DNA of 63,051 bases, filler included, from Chrysochromulina tobinii (GCA_001275005.1; 5 parts of 5 records of this genome joined end to end with filler, not necessarily neighbours in it); one strand, 5' to 3'; numbered from the whole stretch's first letter, positions 1 through 10,912 are shown. Notes: a model not told the origin generated them from the sequence alone. Numbers and translations are program-made.

Positions 1-2387
1 GCCGTCCCGGGCACGCGCCCTCCAGGGGGAGCGCCCGGGACGGCGCCGGTCGCTCCCGCCGCGCCCGGGACGGCGCCCGCCGTCTTGAGCTTCTTGCCGT
101 CGCGATCTCGGGCCTTTTGTCGGATGTTAAAGCGGACGCCGCACGCGACGCAGAACTGGCGCGCCGTCGGGTTGAGGGCGGCGCAGTGCTCGCACTTTTT
201 GCGAGGGGGGGTCTTGGGGGGCCCGCGCGGCTGACGGTGGGGGGGCAGCCCGGGGCCCGAGAGCTGCGGCCCCGACGGGAGAGGCTGCTGCGGGGCACCT
301 GCCGTGTAAGGAGCACCTTTGGGTGCCCCCGCCGCCACCGCGCCCGGCGCGGCGCCCGGTGCTGACAAACTGGCGGCAACCGACGGGGCGGCGGCAGAGC
401 TATTGGCCGTTGGTGCCTTATTAGGCAAGTCCTCGTAGCAAGTCCGCGTCCCGGCGCCCGACACGGCGCCCGTCCCGGCCACCTCCGCCGCTGCGGCCGC
501 TTCGGTCCCGACCGAGGCCGCGCCACCGGCGCCCGACACGGCGCCGGTGAGGCTCTCCACGCCCGACATGGCGCCCCCGGCGCCCGACACGGCGCCGGTG
601 AGGCTCTCCACCGCACCGGCCCCGTCCCCCGGGCTCACCACGGCGCCCTTTCCCCACAGGTGCTCCTCGCCTAGGCTGCTCTCGCCGAGGGTCGTGGCGC
701 CCGACTCGGCGCTCGGCCGGCGCGTCACCCCCTCGCCGCCCGCGACGACGCCGCGCCCTTCCAAATTTGGCAAGCCCGCTCGCGCGCTTCCCGAGAGGGC
801 GTGCAGCGAGGCACTCGTGACTTGCAGTCCTCCTCCGTGCAGATGAGGGAGGAGGCCGCCCGGTGCGGGGGGCTGCGCGCCGTGTTGAGCGATCGAGTCG
901 ACCGTCGAGCCCGATCTCGAGCCCGCGAGATCGCTTGCGCTGGGCAGCAGCGCCGTGTTGGGCGGCGCCTGGGAGTAAGGTGAGCTACTCCTTGGCGCAG
1001 ACGGCAGCCCCGACCCGTTCCCAGCCGCCCCGCCGCCACTGCTCGCCCCCATCATCGAGGAAGAGGAGGAGGAGGTGGCGAGCGGATGGGTGGAGTCCAC
1101 GGCAGCGCTGGAGGCGCCCACGGCAGCGCGGGAGGCGCCCACGGCAGCGCGGGTGGAGTCCACGGCAGCGCTGGAACCATTCCCCGCGGCGCCCGCTCCC
1201 GCCCCGGGCTGTGAAAGCACCGAGGGGTTCGTCAACGAGGGGTTCGTCAACGAGGGGTTCGTCGATGAGTGCATCGAGGGCGGCTGGCTTGCGGACTGTG
1301 CCCCGTTGGCGGCGGCGGCGGCGCTGGTCGAGGTCGACGACCCTGCGCCGTTGCCGCCGCTTTCGCCGCCACACCTGCCGCCGCCGCCAACGAGGGTGCT
1401 GCCCAACGCGGCGCTGCTGCCCAGGCCCAGGCCGATGCCGTCGCCCAGACCGCCGAGCCCGCCGCCCAACACAGCGCTGCTGCCCAGGCCGCCGAGCCCG
1501 CCGCTTGCCTGGCGGGAGAGGCTGGGCGCCCCACCCAAATTAGGCAATCCGTTGGCGAGGCCTCCGTTCGCTTGTCGAGCGAGGAAGCCATACCCGAGCG
1601 CGTTCACCAGGGAGCCACCGGCGAGGCCGAGGCCGAGGCCGCCGCCCAGGCCGCCGAGCCCGGCACCGAGGCCGAGCCCGCCGCCGAGGCCGAGGCCGCC
1701 CAGGCCGCCGCCGCCGAGACCAGCGCCCCCCAGCCCGCCGCCGCCGCCGCCGTGCGTCTCGCTGAACCGATGGCTGCCGCTGCTTCGATCGGCGGAGGAG
1801 TGGCTGCCGCGGCGCGGCACCCCGCTGGCGTACGACAGCATCTCTTCGAAGCTCTGCATACTCTTGCCGCCGCCGCTCACACTGCCGCCGCCGCTGCAGC
1901 TGTGCGCAGGCGGCAGCGGCGGCAGCGACATCTCATCGACGCCATTCTCATTCTGCAGCAGCTCGAGCGCCGAGGAGGCAAGCTCTGAGAGCACGGCGCC
2001 CGTCAGCGCCTGCTGCGACACGGTTGAGTCGACCGACTCCCGCCCAATGGAGTTCAGCCCGCCGAGTGTACCGAGCGTCGCCGAGAGCGAGGGCGAGAGG
2101 GCACCCTCGATACGGCCGCAGTCCGATAGGAAGGACAGGTCGATGCGGCTGCCGGTGCTCTCGGTTCGGCGGGCGGCGCTCGGCACTGCTATGCCCATGC
2201 CTCCGGCGCCCTCGGCAGCGTGCTGCGACCAGGCGGCCACTCCGCCGCTGCTGCCGGGAGAACACGACGCGTCCGCCAGTGGAGCCTCACCTCTGCGCCG
2301 CGCGTCGTAGGGCCGCCCAGCACCACCGCCTAGCAGCGCTAGGACGTGCGGCGGTAGCGGCACGCGCGTGCCACCATACTCCGCCAT
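1..2387 (-). CDS. Low-complexity Gly/Ala/Ser-rich protein with a C4 zinc ribbon; 3' end lies outside the window
   Basis: ATG at 2387 (MAEYGGTRVPLPP). The frame appears open to the window edge, which explains its absence from the stop-terminated ORF track. Near 125-200 it reads RKKCEHCAALNPTARQFCVACGVRF, a CxxC-x10-CxxC zinc ribbon. Divergent from RPS9. Confidence 0.7.
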   Translation of the reverse strand, partial: MAEYGGTRVPLPPHVLALLGGGAGRPYDARRRGEAPLADASCSPGSSGGVAAWSQHAAEGAGGMGIAVPSAARRTESTGSRIDLSFLSDCGRIEGALSPSLSATLGTLGGLNSIGRESVDSTVSQQALTGAVLSELASSALELLQNENGVDEMSLPPLPPAHSCSGGGSVSGGGKSMQSFEEMLSYASGVPRRGSHSSADRSSGSHRFSETHGGGGGGLGGAGLGGGGLGGLGLGGGLGLGAGLGGLGGGLGLGLAGGSLVNALGYGFLARQANGGLANGLPNLGGAPSLSRQASGGLGGLGSSAVLGGGLGGLGDGIGLGLGSSAALGSTLVGGGGRCGGESGGNGAGSSTSTSAAAAANGAQSASQPPSMHSSTNPSLTNPSLTNPSVLSQPGAGAGAAGNGSSAAVDSTRAAVGASRAAVGASSAAVDSTHPLATSSSSSSMMGASSGGGAAGNGSGLPSAPRSSSPYSQAPPNTALLPSASDLAGSRSGSTVDSIAQHGAQPPAPGGLLPHLHGGGLQVTSASLHALSGSARAGLPNLEGRGVVAGGEGVTRRPSAESGATTLGESSLGEEHLWGKGAVVSPGDGAGAVESLTGAVSGAGGAMSGVESLTGAVSGAGGAASVGTEAAAAAEVAGTGAVSGAGTRTCYEDLPNKAPTANSSAAAPSVAASLSAPGAAPGAVAAGAPKGAPYTAGAPQQPLPSGPQLSGPGLPPHRQPRGPPKTPPRKKCEHCAALNPTARQFCVACGVRFNIRQKARDRDGKKLKTAGAVPGAAGATGAVPGAPPGGRVPGT

Positions 2388-2599
2388 TGGGGGGCGCGCG
2401 CGCACCTCGCCTTTCTAGCAATTAGTGCCGTCTCGTTCCAGGAAACCCGACGAGCGGAGCGCAGGGGAGGTGCTGATTTGTCATCATGAGTCATCGCGAT
2501 TCGTCATGATTCTTCATCTCGTAACTTCTGACGTTTTGTCTCGGAGACCTGATGTCGAAACGACCGACACGCGTTCGATGCGGGGGGGCTGCAGACTGA

Positions 2600-2637
2600 C
2601 TTGAATTTGAACTTGAACTTGAACTTGAACTTGAACT
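2600..2637. repeat. (TTGAAC)n microsatellite in the divergent promoter region upstream of RPS9
   Basis: ttgaatttgaacttgaacttgaacttgaacttgaact read directly. Confidence 0.8.
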
Positions 2638-2720
2638 CGCCACAAGCTGTGGGGAAAGCTGCAACCCCACAGTCTCGCGTAGGTCACGTAGCAAAGGCGG
2701 GGCCGTGCTCTTGTTGAGGC

Positions 2721-3305
2721 ATGCCGAGCCTCTCCTTCCTCCGCAACCACGGCAAGACCGGCCGTACGCCGCGCCGTCCTTTCGAGAAGGAGCGCCTTGA
2801 CAATGAGATGAAACTCATTGGTGAGTATGGCCTGCGCAACAAGCGTGAGGTGTGGCGCAACCAGCTGATGCTGGCGCGCATCCGCAAGGCCGCCCGTACT
2901 CTGCTCACTCTGGATGAGAAGGACCCGAAGCGCATCTTCGAGGGCACGTGCTTGCTGCGCCGGCTGCAGCGTCTGGGCGTGCTCGACGAGAGCAAGTCGC
3001 AGCTTGATTACGTCCTCGCGCTCAAGCAGGGCGATTTCCTCGAGCGTCGCCTGCAGACGCAGGTCTTCAAGCTGGGCCTCGCGAAGTCGATCCACCACGC
3101 GCGCGTGCTGATCCGCCATCGCCACATCCGCGTCGGCAAGCAGATTGTCAACATTCCCTCCTTCATGGTGCGCACGGACTCGCAGAAGCACATCGACTTT
3201 GCTGTCACCTCGCCCTATGGCGGCGGCCGGCCGGGCCGCAACAAGCGCAAGGCGATCAAAGCCAAGGGCGGCGGCGGCGGCGATGCCGAGGAGGAAATGG
3301 AGTAG
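2721..3305 (+). CDS. RPS9: 40S ribosomal protein S9 (uS4), intronless
   Basis: [60 protein letters not shown]. Confidence 0.98.
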   Translation: MPSLSFLRNHGKTGRTPRRPFEKERLDNEMKLIGEYGLRNKREVWRNQLMLARIRKAARTLLTLDEKDPKRIFEGTCLLRRLQRLGVLDESKSQLDYVLALKQGDFLERRLQTQVFKLGLAKSIHHARVLIRHRHIRVGKQIVNIPSFMVRTDSQKHIDFAVTSPYGGGRPGRNKRKAIKAKGGGGGDAEEEME

Positions 3306-4339
3306 AGGCGGGCCGTGCACGACCCGGTGATGGCAGCGCCCCGCCCATGCTGTGGGCTGCAAGGGTACGCGTGCTCGGTGCACCACAGTGGCCCCCCCCA
3401 CTGTGTGTAACTCGCATGTGACGAGAAAGTGTTGTAGTGCGTCCTGGATATTAATGACATGAGTACATGTACTCCGAAAAAAGGGGGAGTAGCTTTGCGA
3501 GTGGCAGAGCATTTTCCACGAATGATACGGCGTAGCGTTGCGTCCGCGCAAGCGCCAAGCCGCAACCTGAACCTGCAACCTCGGTCCTCGCCCCGCGCGG
3601 CAGTTGCAGGGGTGTGACCGGGTGTGGGCGGGCGGGGCCGCGGAACGATCGCGGCGCGATCGTGTGCCGTCGGTGTCGCCGCGGCGGTCGCACGTGTGCA
3701 TTTTGAGTTTTGTGGCTATGGCGGCGTCTCGGATCAAGCGGTCGTCCTATTAAAATCCGGGAGAACCGGGATCGTTGTTCGTTCGATCCTCCCTTCCTCC
3801 GGGGTAACTCCGGTACATTGTAACTCCGGGGTCCATAGAGCAAACGACTCTGCCCAGTGCTGCCTGCACCCGGGTTTTCTGTGCGGCAATCTACTCGCTA
3901 ATAACACCGCCGGGGCGCGGCCGCGCCCCTCGTGCGAGAACGTGTTCGTGTGTCGTGGGATGTGTGCTGTGGGTGTGTTGTAATTAGTGTATGTGGCTCC
4001 GGCTGCACTGCGCTGCCGATGCCGCGAGGCGGAGGCTGGCCGCTGGCTCCACGGGCTTCAGGCCCGGGGTTGACCCGGGCGGGGCGGCCCGAGGCGCGTC
4101 AGCACGGCCGACTGCCCGCGGAGGAGCCGTCGTGGGCGGTGTCCGTCAGCAGCTCGCTGCTCGGGGCTTGAGTGTCTACATGTACATGTATCTGTGTCTG
4201 TTTGCAAGTGGGGCGTGGTGCTGCCGACCGCTTCAGCCGTTTGGCTAGGTCGTGACGCTTTTGGCTCAAGAGGAATTGATAAGCGCGAAGCGCCGAACTC
4301 CCAACTCTCGAAACCGTCGAGCGAAGCGAAATCTGATTC

Positions 4340-7300
4340 ATGTCCGGCGGGTCCAAGGTAGGCAAGGGACCTGCAACCAAGGAGGCGCCGGCCGCTATGG
4401 CTGTGTCACCGCCTCCGGCACCGGAGCCGGTGCCAGATTCTCCGGTGCTGCCCGCGTCCGCCGATCACTGCCGAATCATGGGCTTGACTGGCTGTTCGGC
4501 AAACACAGAATCTTTCTTCGAGATTGAGGCTGTCGACGAAAACGGCAAGCGCAGCACGAGCGGCGGTGACTCTTTCTTCATTGCCATCCGCGGAGCCTCT
4601 CGTGTCCGTGCCCGGGTGAGCGACAACAAGGACGGCACCTATACGGTCATGTGGAAGCCGGAACTCTCGGGCAACTATGAGGTGGCCATATCACTCTTTG
4701 GCAACGCCATCGCAGGAAGCCCCTTTACTCTGCACGTACACGACCACTTACCGTGTGCGCCCAACTGCGAGGTGAAGGGCAGATCGTTGCATCACATCAT
4801 CGCGCGTACCAACTCGTCCTTCGAGATCATCTATCGCGACCGTAGTGGCATCGTGTGTCAAGCGGTTGAGCTCGACGTGTACGTCATGCCGATCGGAGAG
4901 GGTGAAGAAATTTACCTCTGGAAGGCGGCCACGCAACCAAATTGGGGACCGGAAGAGGACGCGTCGGCCGTACGCGAAGTCAACGCGATCGATCTGTCAC
5001 CTCAAGACGACAAGACGAAGAAGAAGAAGAAGGATGCACTCGAGAAAGCACTTGAGAAATCCGAGAAAGCCGAGAAGGGCGAGAAGACGGATAAGAAGAA
5101 ATCGCCCACGAAGCTAACCCAGCCAGCGCTCGCTGCCGCAGAGAAGACCGAGAAGAAGGAGAAGGGCGACAAGGCCGAGAAGACTGAGAGAAGCGAGAAG
5201 ACCGAGAAAACGCCCTCCAAGCCGGCCCAGCCGGCGTCCGCTGGCGCAGAGAAGACAGACAAGGTTGAGAACACCGATAGCGCTGCGAAGAGTCCGAAGG
5301 GTGACAAGCCCGAGAAGAAGGATAAGAAGGCTGACAAGAAGGAGGCCAATGGCGACAAGAAGGACCCGAACAACTCGCCCCCTCCTCCTCCCATGCCCAA
5401 GACGATGGCCTCGTCGCTGAAAAGCTGGGAAGCACGCAACCCGCTGCCGGGCTTTGATGAGCTCGAGATGCAGAGCTGTACAAGCGCGGTCGCTCTCGCC
5501 GAGCAGGGTTTGCAGCTCCGGCAACGTGCGCTGCGCGTGCAGGTGGGCGATAAGCCGCTGATCGTGCGCACCGGACCGGCACTGGACAGCAAACAGCTCG
5601 GGCTGCTGCTGCCCAGCCACATCGGGGTTGTCGTCGAGGAGCACATCGCGGCCGATGGCAACGTGCGCGCACGCATCACCTTCGACGAGACGGCGCTGCT
5701 CAAACTGTATGACTACGCAGGCTCCCTTTCGCCGCCGGTCATCGATGCCGGTCCGTCGGTGACGAGCATCGATGGCAGCGTCGTCGGATCGCCCCGTCTG
5801 CCGACGAGTCGCACGTCGCGGAGTCCAGAGGCGCGGATCGGCACACAGCTCACCGGGTGGGTCACGCTTAAAAAGGAGGGCAAGAAGCTCGTGAGCAGTC
5901 GGCTGAAGCTCGAGCCGACCAACCGGGAGCAGTACATTCAACAGTGGCAGCGGCGGCAGCTCAACGACAAGCTCCATCGCAGCGTGCAATGCGAGGTGGA
6001 CGCGTGCACCCTGATCAGCGACGAGTCGCATGTCGCCTTTGCCTATGGTGGTGTCCACCCGGGCTGGCTGCACTCAAAGGGGCAGGTGGTCGACAAGCAC
6101 AAAGTTTCTTACTCGGTGGGCAAGGTCGGCCGGTACCTGCTGCACGTGCGGCTACGCAATCATGCGGCGGCCGTGCCCGGCTCACCCTTCGCACTGACTG
6201 TCACGCCCGGCCCCGCGCACTATAGCTCGACGGTGTTCGCGCCCACCGAAAAGTCGCTCACCGGCATCGTGGGCGAGGATCCCAACGCTGGTATCACGCT
6301 GATCATGCATTCGTCGGACCAGATGGGGAATGCATGCACCGAGGGCGGGGCGATCGTCAAGACCACCTGCGTCCCATTGGGCCTCAGCGAGGAACAGGCG
6401 TGGGAAATCAAGGTCCTGACCGAGGTCGAGGACTTGTATGACGGACGCTACCGCATGAGGTACCGCAGCAAAAGTAGCGGCGCCTACCAAGTCGCGGTGA
6501 CCATCAACGGCGAGCCCGTCAACGGCTCGCCGTGGACAATGAAGCTGGTGAGCAGCACCCCCCTGCTGCAGAAGAGCTCGCTCGATGGACCCGGGCTCAA
6601 GGTCGCCGTTGCGGGCGAACGCGCACTGTTCTCCATCCGCTTTGTGGACCAGTTTGGCAACCTCGCCAACCCAGCCGGCACCGCCTTCAAGATGGGCATG
6701 GCGGTGACGTCGGAGCTGCGCAAAAAGGTCCAGGACGTCAAGGAAACCGCGTTCGAAGGGGTGTGGAGCGCCGAGGGCACTTACCAGATCCACTACATCG
6801 CGCAGGTGGCGGGCAACCTGGAGCTGCACGTCTGGTGCGATCTCAACGGCGGCAAGAGTGAGCGCATGGCCTTCCCCGGATCGCCCTTCAGCGTGTCCGT
6901 GAGCGCTGGTACGCCGTCGGCGAGCGCCTCGCACGTCGACGGCTGGACGCTCGAGAAGCGCGCCTCTAGCGACAAGAACAACGTTCTAAGCAAAAAGAAG
7001 TCCTCTGGCGAGGACGACGCAGGCAAGATCATCGCGGGTGACACGGTCTTCGTGCGCCCGCTCATCGTGGACTCCTTCCAAAATCCGGCGTCCAAGATCA
7101 ACGTGGACAAGCTCCTCGCGAAGGTTGTGCGCCCCAACGGCTCTGAGGTCGTGCTGGCGGTACAGCAGGAGGTGAGGCAGATAAAGGGGTCGGGAAGCGA
7201 GATGGTGTATGGGGTGCGATATGAGACGTCGCTCTCTGGAAAGCACGCGATGCACGTGATGCTCGGCGGTGTCAGCATCTCCGGTTCGCCCGTTGCCTTC

Positions 7301-7678
7301 GAGGTGTACGCGTCGGCGGTGGAACCGACCCTTAGCAAGCTGCTGCCGCCCGAGAACGGCAGTTTCGACTCGCTCGTTGCGGACTATGACAAGCCAAGCG
7401 AGATCATCCTGAGAACCTATGATCGTTTCGGCAATCCGTGCACCACCGGCGGTCTAAATCCTACCGGCAAGCTAACCCTCATCAAAAATCCTGTCGACAA
7501 CACCATATTGATGCCGAACAATCATTTCGTGAATACCGTGGACCGGAAGGACGGCACCTATGCGATCAATGTTGGCATGACGTTCACTAGCACGGTGAGG
7601 CTCCAGGTCAATCTCGACAAGAACGTGCAGAACGGTGACCTGCCGCCCTTGGTGCTGAAATACACCAAAAAAGAGTAG
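4340..7678 (+). CDS. Filamin/ABP280 Ig-repeat protein with a Lys/Glu-rich linker and an SH3b-like insert, intronless
   Basis: 1112-aa ORF with repeated filamin motifs: DNKDGTYTV, IAGSPF, VPGSPF, DLYDGRY, VNGSPW, FPGSPF, ISGSPV, DRKDGTY. Confidence 0.85.
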   Translation: MSGGSKVGKGPATKEAPAAMAVSPPPAPEPVPDSPVLPASADHCRIMGLTGCSANTESFFEIEAVDENGKRSTSGGDSFFIAIRGASRVRARVSDNKDGTYTVMWKPELSGNYEVAISLFGNAIAGSPFTLHVHDHLPCAPNCEVKGRSLHHIIARTNSSFEIIYRDRSGIVCQAVELDVYVMPIGEGEEIYLWKAATQPNWGPEEDASAVREVNAIDLSPQDDKTKKKKKDALEKALEKSEKAEKGEKTDKKKSPTKLTQPALAAAEKTEKKEKGDKAEKTERSEKTEKTPSKPAQPASAGAEKTDKVENTDSAAKSPKGDKPEKKDKKADKKEANGDKKDPNNSPPPPPMPKTMASSLKSWEARNPLPGFDELEMQSCTSAVALAEQGLQLRQRALRVQVGDKPLIVRTGPALDSKQLGLLLPSHIGVVVEEHIAADGNVRARITFDETALLKLYDYAGSLSPPVIDAGPSVTSIDGSVVGSPRLPTSRTSRSPEARIGTQLTGWVTLKKEGKKLVSSRLKLEPTNREQYIQQWQRRQLNDKLHRSVQCEVDACTLISDESHVAFAYGGVHPGWLHSKGQVVDKHKVSYSVGKVGRYLLHVRLRNHAAAVPGSPFALTVTPGPAHYSSTVFAPTEKSLTGIVGEDPNAGITLIMHSSDQMGNACTEGGAIVKTTCVPLGLSEEQAWEIKVLTEVEDLYDGRYRMRYRSKSSGAYQVAVTINGEPVNGSPWTMKLVSSTPLLQKSSLDGPGLKVAVAGERALFSIRFVDQFGNLANPAGTAFKMGMAVTSELRKKVQDVKETAFEGVWSAEGTYQIHYIAQVAGNLELHVWCDLNGGKSERMAFPGSPFSVSVSAGTPSASASHVDGWTLEKRASSDKNNVLSKKKSSGEDDAGKIIAGDTVFVRPLIVDSFQNPASKINVDKLLAKVVRPNGSEVVLAVQQEVRQIKGSGSEMVYGVRYETSLSGKHAMHVMLGGVSISGSPVAFEVYASAVEPTLSKLLPPENGSFDSLVADYDKPSEIILRTYDRFGNPCTTGGLNPTGKLTLIKNPVDNTILMPNNHFVNTVDRKDGTYAINVGMTFTSTVRLQVNLDKNVQNGDLPPLVLKYTKKE

Positions 7679-7878
7679 CCCGCAGGGCTGTGTTGTATAG
7701 CGGCCAGTTACAGAGTTGAGAGGTTTTAACGATCGCACGAGAAACGGCCGCGATGTTCCATCTTCTTCAATGCAAAATGTGACCTTTTTCGCGAAGTTCA
7801 CAGGAAGAGAATGTTGACGAACGTCCGCTCGCGAGATCATGCCCAGATTCTTCCAGGACCGTCCACAGCCTTTCATCG

Positions 7879-8973
7879 ATGTTGGTCGTTCCGCTATGCT
7901 TGGGCTTTGCTAGGCCTCCGTGGATACCAAAGACATGTCCCGCTCCCCGGGTGGGCTCATCTATCTCTATGCAGGTCCCTGACCGGTGGAAGAAGAGCTC
8001 GCCAACCGAGAGGTGGCAGGCCTCCAATTCCAATCAATTGTACCCGCCACCCTCGTCGCCGATGTACCCGCCACCATCCAATCCGCTCTATTCGCCGCCT
8101 GGCATGCCCCCGCCGGGCATGAGCGTACCAGGGCAGAACTATAACCAACCTCCGATGGGTCAACAGCCCTACAACCAGCCTCCGATGGGTCAACAGCCCT
8201 TCGGACAGCCTCCGATTAATCAGCCGTACGGCCAGCCTGGGATGAATCAGCAACCGATGAATCAGCCGTACGGCCAGTCTGGGATGGGTCAGTCTGGGAT
8301 GGGTCAGCCTGGGATGCAACCGATGAATCAGCCGTACGGCCAGTCTGGGATGGGTCAATCTGGGATGGACAACTCGCGGCCGTATGGGACAGGGGCATAC
8401 GAAAGCCCCTCGTCCTGGGAGGCGCGAGCGCGGGCGCGGGAAATGGCCCGCCTGATCGCGCCGCCGTTTGGTCCGCCCACGCCGTACCGCGCGCCGCCGC
8501 CGCCTCGCGGCCCCGTCTACCTGACGCCCAAATCTCCCGATCGACTGGACTCGATCAAGGATGCAATGTTGCGACAGCAGCGGCGTCAGATGTTCTCTTA
8601 CGGCACACCCTACCAGCCGATGCCTTCGATGGCGAATATGAAGCCACAGTACGTGCCACCCAAACGCCCAGATCAGCTCGACTCCGTGCGCGACGCGACG
8701 CTGCGGAAGCAGCGGCGATACGGGCCGTACGCGGGTGGCTACGGCGGCGGGGGCGGCTACGGCGGCGGCGGCGGCTACGGCGGTGGTATGATGGGCGGCG
8801 GCGTGGGCTACCAGCCGCCCGGTATGCCGAGCGGCGGCTACAACCAGCCCTACCAACAACCGTTGGGGGGCATGAGTGCACCCATGGGTGGCATGAACCA
8901 GCAGCCCTACGGCTCGACCGACAGTAGTGGTTACGGCGGATCGAGCCGGGGCCAGCCTTGGCGACCGTCGTGA
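7879..8973 (+). CDS. Gln/Pro/Gly/Met/Tyr-rich low-complexity repeat protein, probably plastid-targeted
   Basis: 364-aa ORF. N-terminus MLVVPLCLGFARPP...SISMQ resembles a bipartite signal plus transit peptide. It has NQPPMGQQPY and GQSGMGQ repeats and two copies of PKxPDxLDSxxDAxLRxQRR. Confidence 0.75.
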   Translation: MLVVPLCLGFARPPWIPKTCPAPRVGSSISMQVPDRWKKSSPTERWQASNSNQLYPPPSSPMYPPPSNPLYSPPGMPPPGMSVPGQNYNQPPMGQQPYNQPPMGQQPFGQPPINQPYGQPGMNQQPMNQPYGQSGMGQSGMGQPGMQPMNQPYGQSGMGQSGMDNSRPYGTGAYESPSSWEARARAREMARLIAPPFGPPTPYRAPPPPRGPVYLTPKSPDRLDSIKDAMLRQQRRQMFSYGTPYQPMPSMANMKPQYVPPKRPDQLDSVRDATLRKQRRYGPYAGGYGGGGGYGGGGGYGGGMMGGGVGYQPPGMPSGGYNQPYQQPLGGMSAPMGGMNQQPYGSTDSSGYGGSSRGQPWRPS

Positions 8974-8997
8974 GTGATTGGTTTGAGTGATTGGATT

Positions 8998-9110
8998 GAG
9001 TGGTTGGTCGGTGCACCGCCGAGATCTTCGCCGATATTGAGTGGTTGGATGGTGCACCGCCGAGATCTTCGCCGAGATTGAGTGGTTGGACGGTGCACCG
9101 CCGAGATACT
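8998..9110. repeat. Degenerate ~35-41 nt tandem repeat just downstream of the stop codon
   Basis: gagtggttgg(n)2-3ggtgcaccgccgagat occurs three times. Confidence 0.7.
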
Positions 9111-9840
9111 CGACGAGATTATCGCTCAGTCAGTTTGGGGCGGTGCCCGCGACGCCCGAGATACTCGCCGAGATGATCACCGAGATCAGAATGGCCTCTC
9201 GACTGATGGCCGTCATCCACGGTGACAAATGGTCTACGGATGGGTCGATCCCTTCACACACACACACACACGCATGTCAGCATCCATGCAGTCTTGTCAC
9301 TTGTGCGTTTCCCCACACGCGTGTATGCCTCGAGAGGGTGTAATATGAACGTGCCGCGTTCCAGTCGATCAGCGCATGGTGCCAGATGGATGATGTCGTG
9401 CGTGTTGTATGCCGGGTCGCGTATCGCCTTAAGCGAACTGAGTTAGTCCGGAAAACTGCGTCGTCGTCGTCCGAAAGTCTCCATCTCGTCCGTGGTGATA
9501 TTCCTATCTGAGGCGCGTCGCTCCACTGTCCGCACAGCGTAGGCTTGAGCCGAGCCTGAGCGGCTGAGGCTTGAGCGCAACGCTGATCGTCGCTCGGCTG
9601 TCACTGTACGCTGAGTGCGGCTCCTGACTCCCCGCTGATCCTGTCCCGTGGTCCACGCCGACGGCCGGGTGTCGGCAGGCGACGCGATCAGAACGCCGAC
9701 GCCCGTCCCGACTTCCAATCGGAATCGCGCCAGGCGAGGAGCGCGCGAAAGGCGCGCTGCAACGGAAAAAAGCTCTCACGCCTTATACGCGCCGTGCTTT
9801 CATTCTAAAAGCCGTATAAAAGCCGTAGAGAAAAACAGAG

Positions 9841-10584
9841 TCAGACCCTTGGCGACAGCTGCGGGCTCGTGCACCCGCGGGCTCGTACACCATGCGAGTG
9901 GCGTGGGCTGCAGCTGTTGAGAAACGGATGAGTGGCGCGCGGGGACAGCGATCGCACCGAGCACGAGCTCGCCGACGAAAAGCTCTCACTCTTGCTCGTT
10001 GGGCTCCTGGGCTGCATATCAGCGCTGTGGTTGAGGAGTTCTTTGCTTCTGGTGCTCGCAAGGACCTGCACTCTTCGGCTATTAAAGGGATCTGCGACCA
10101 TTGGCGATCGCGGTTCATCGTCTCCTCGGTCAGTTGCCAGAGTCAGCACACCCTTCTCTGTCTTGTAGGTCAGCCAACCGAGCACCGTCTTCTGCCCGAC
10201 AAGTACAACGCTAACGCGATGGGCGCTGTTCGACATCCGATGAGACCTCACGATGTGCACGCGAGCTCCAGCTGGAAGCGTGCACACCGCCGTTGAGCAC
10301 AAATCCACCTTGCGGCGGACAATCCGCGGGACGAGAAGCACAAAGACATGGCTGAGCGTGCTGGCCGCCGGCAATGCAAGCTTGCTGCTATTCGCTGCCT
10401 CGAGCAGTGGCGCGCCTGTGAGACGATGCGTGCGGCGTGCTCCTGGAACTGCATGCTCCTCCTTGCCCTCGGCAGCAGGTGACACTTGGACCGGACGTGG
10501 CCGTGCCGATCTTGAGGCTCCTCTTCCTGCCGCGAGCGGCGGCGGCGGCTCTTGCCAAGCCAATGATTCGTGGCTCACAGCCAT
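9841..10584 (-). CDS. Hypothetical protein with an SH3b-like domain
   Basis: Within ORF 9841-10662, likely ATG at 10584. Motif PRIVRRKVDLCSTAVCTLPAGARVHIV...HRVSV...LGWLT. Confidence 0.55.
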   Translation of the reverse strand: MAVSHESLAWQEPPPPLAAGRGASRSARPRPVQVSPAAEGKEEHAVPGARRTHRLTGAPLLEAANSSKLALPAASTLSHVFVLLVPRIVRRKVDLCSTAVCTLPAGARVHIVRSHRMSNSAHRVSVVLVGQKTVLGWLTYKTEKGVLTLATDRGDDEPRSPMVADPFNSRRVQVLASTRSKELLNHSADMQPRSPTSKSESFSSASSCSVRSLSPRATHPFLNSCSPRHSHGVRARGCTSPQLSPRV

Positions 10585-10912
10585 GTTGGGGCTTCCCGCT
10601 GCAAAGTCGAACTTTTTGTTCTTTTCCAATAAATCTCGGTTTCCTAAAGGGGAACCTCGCATTTGTCGGTTTCAGATCCCAGATGCTCGCAGCGCGGCTC
10701 AGGATTGCTTGTGCCGTGACAGTGTTGTGTGTCGTGGGAGGAAGCCCTCCAGGGAGCTCGTCGAGACCTTAGTCGAGCTCCCCCCGTGCATGCCAATTGC
10801 GTGCGCCAAAGCCCCTTGCCAAAGCCGAACCGCGAAACTGCCGACGCAGCGCCGTTTTTTCAACGTCCCTTTCCTTAAAATCCTTATGCACGCACACATC
10901 GCACGCAGCACA

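Noticed and set aside
1075..2310. 411-aa proline-rich plus-strand ORF
   Set aside because: More likely a shadow of the longer minus-strand ORF, which has a proper ATG and a zinc ribbon
2647..2672. Hairpin ctgtgggg...ccccacag upstream of RPS9 as a regulatory RNA or acceptor cassette
   Set aside because: Only an 8-bp stem, and it lacks the GCTCACCAC core
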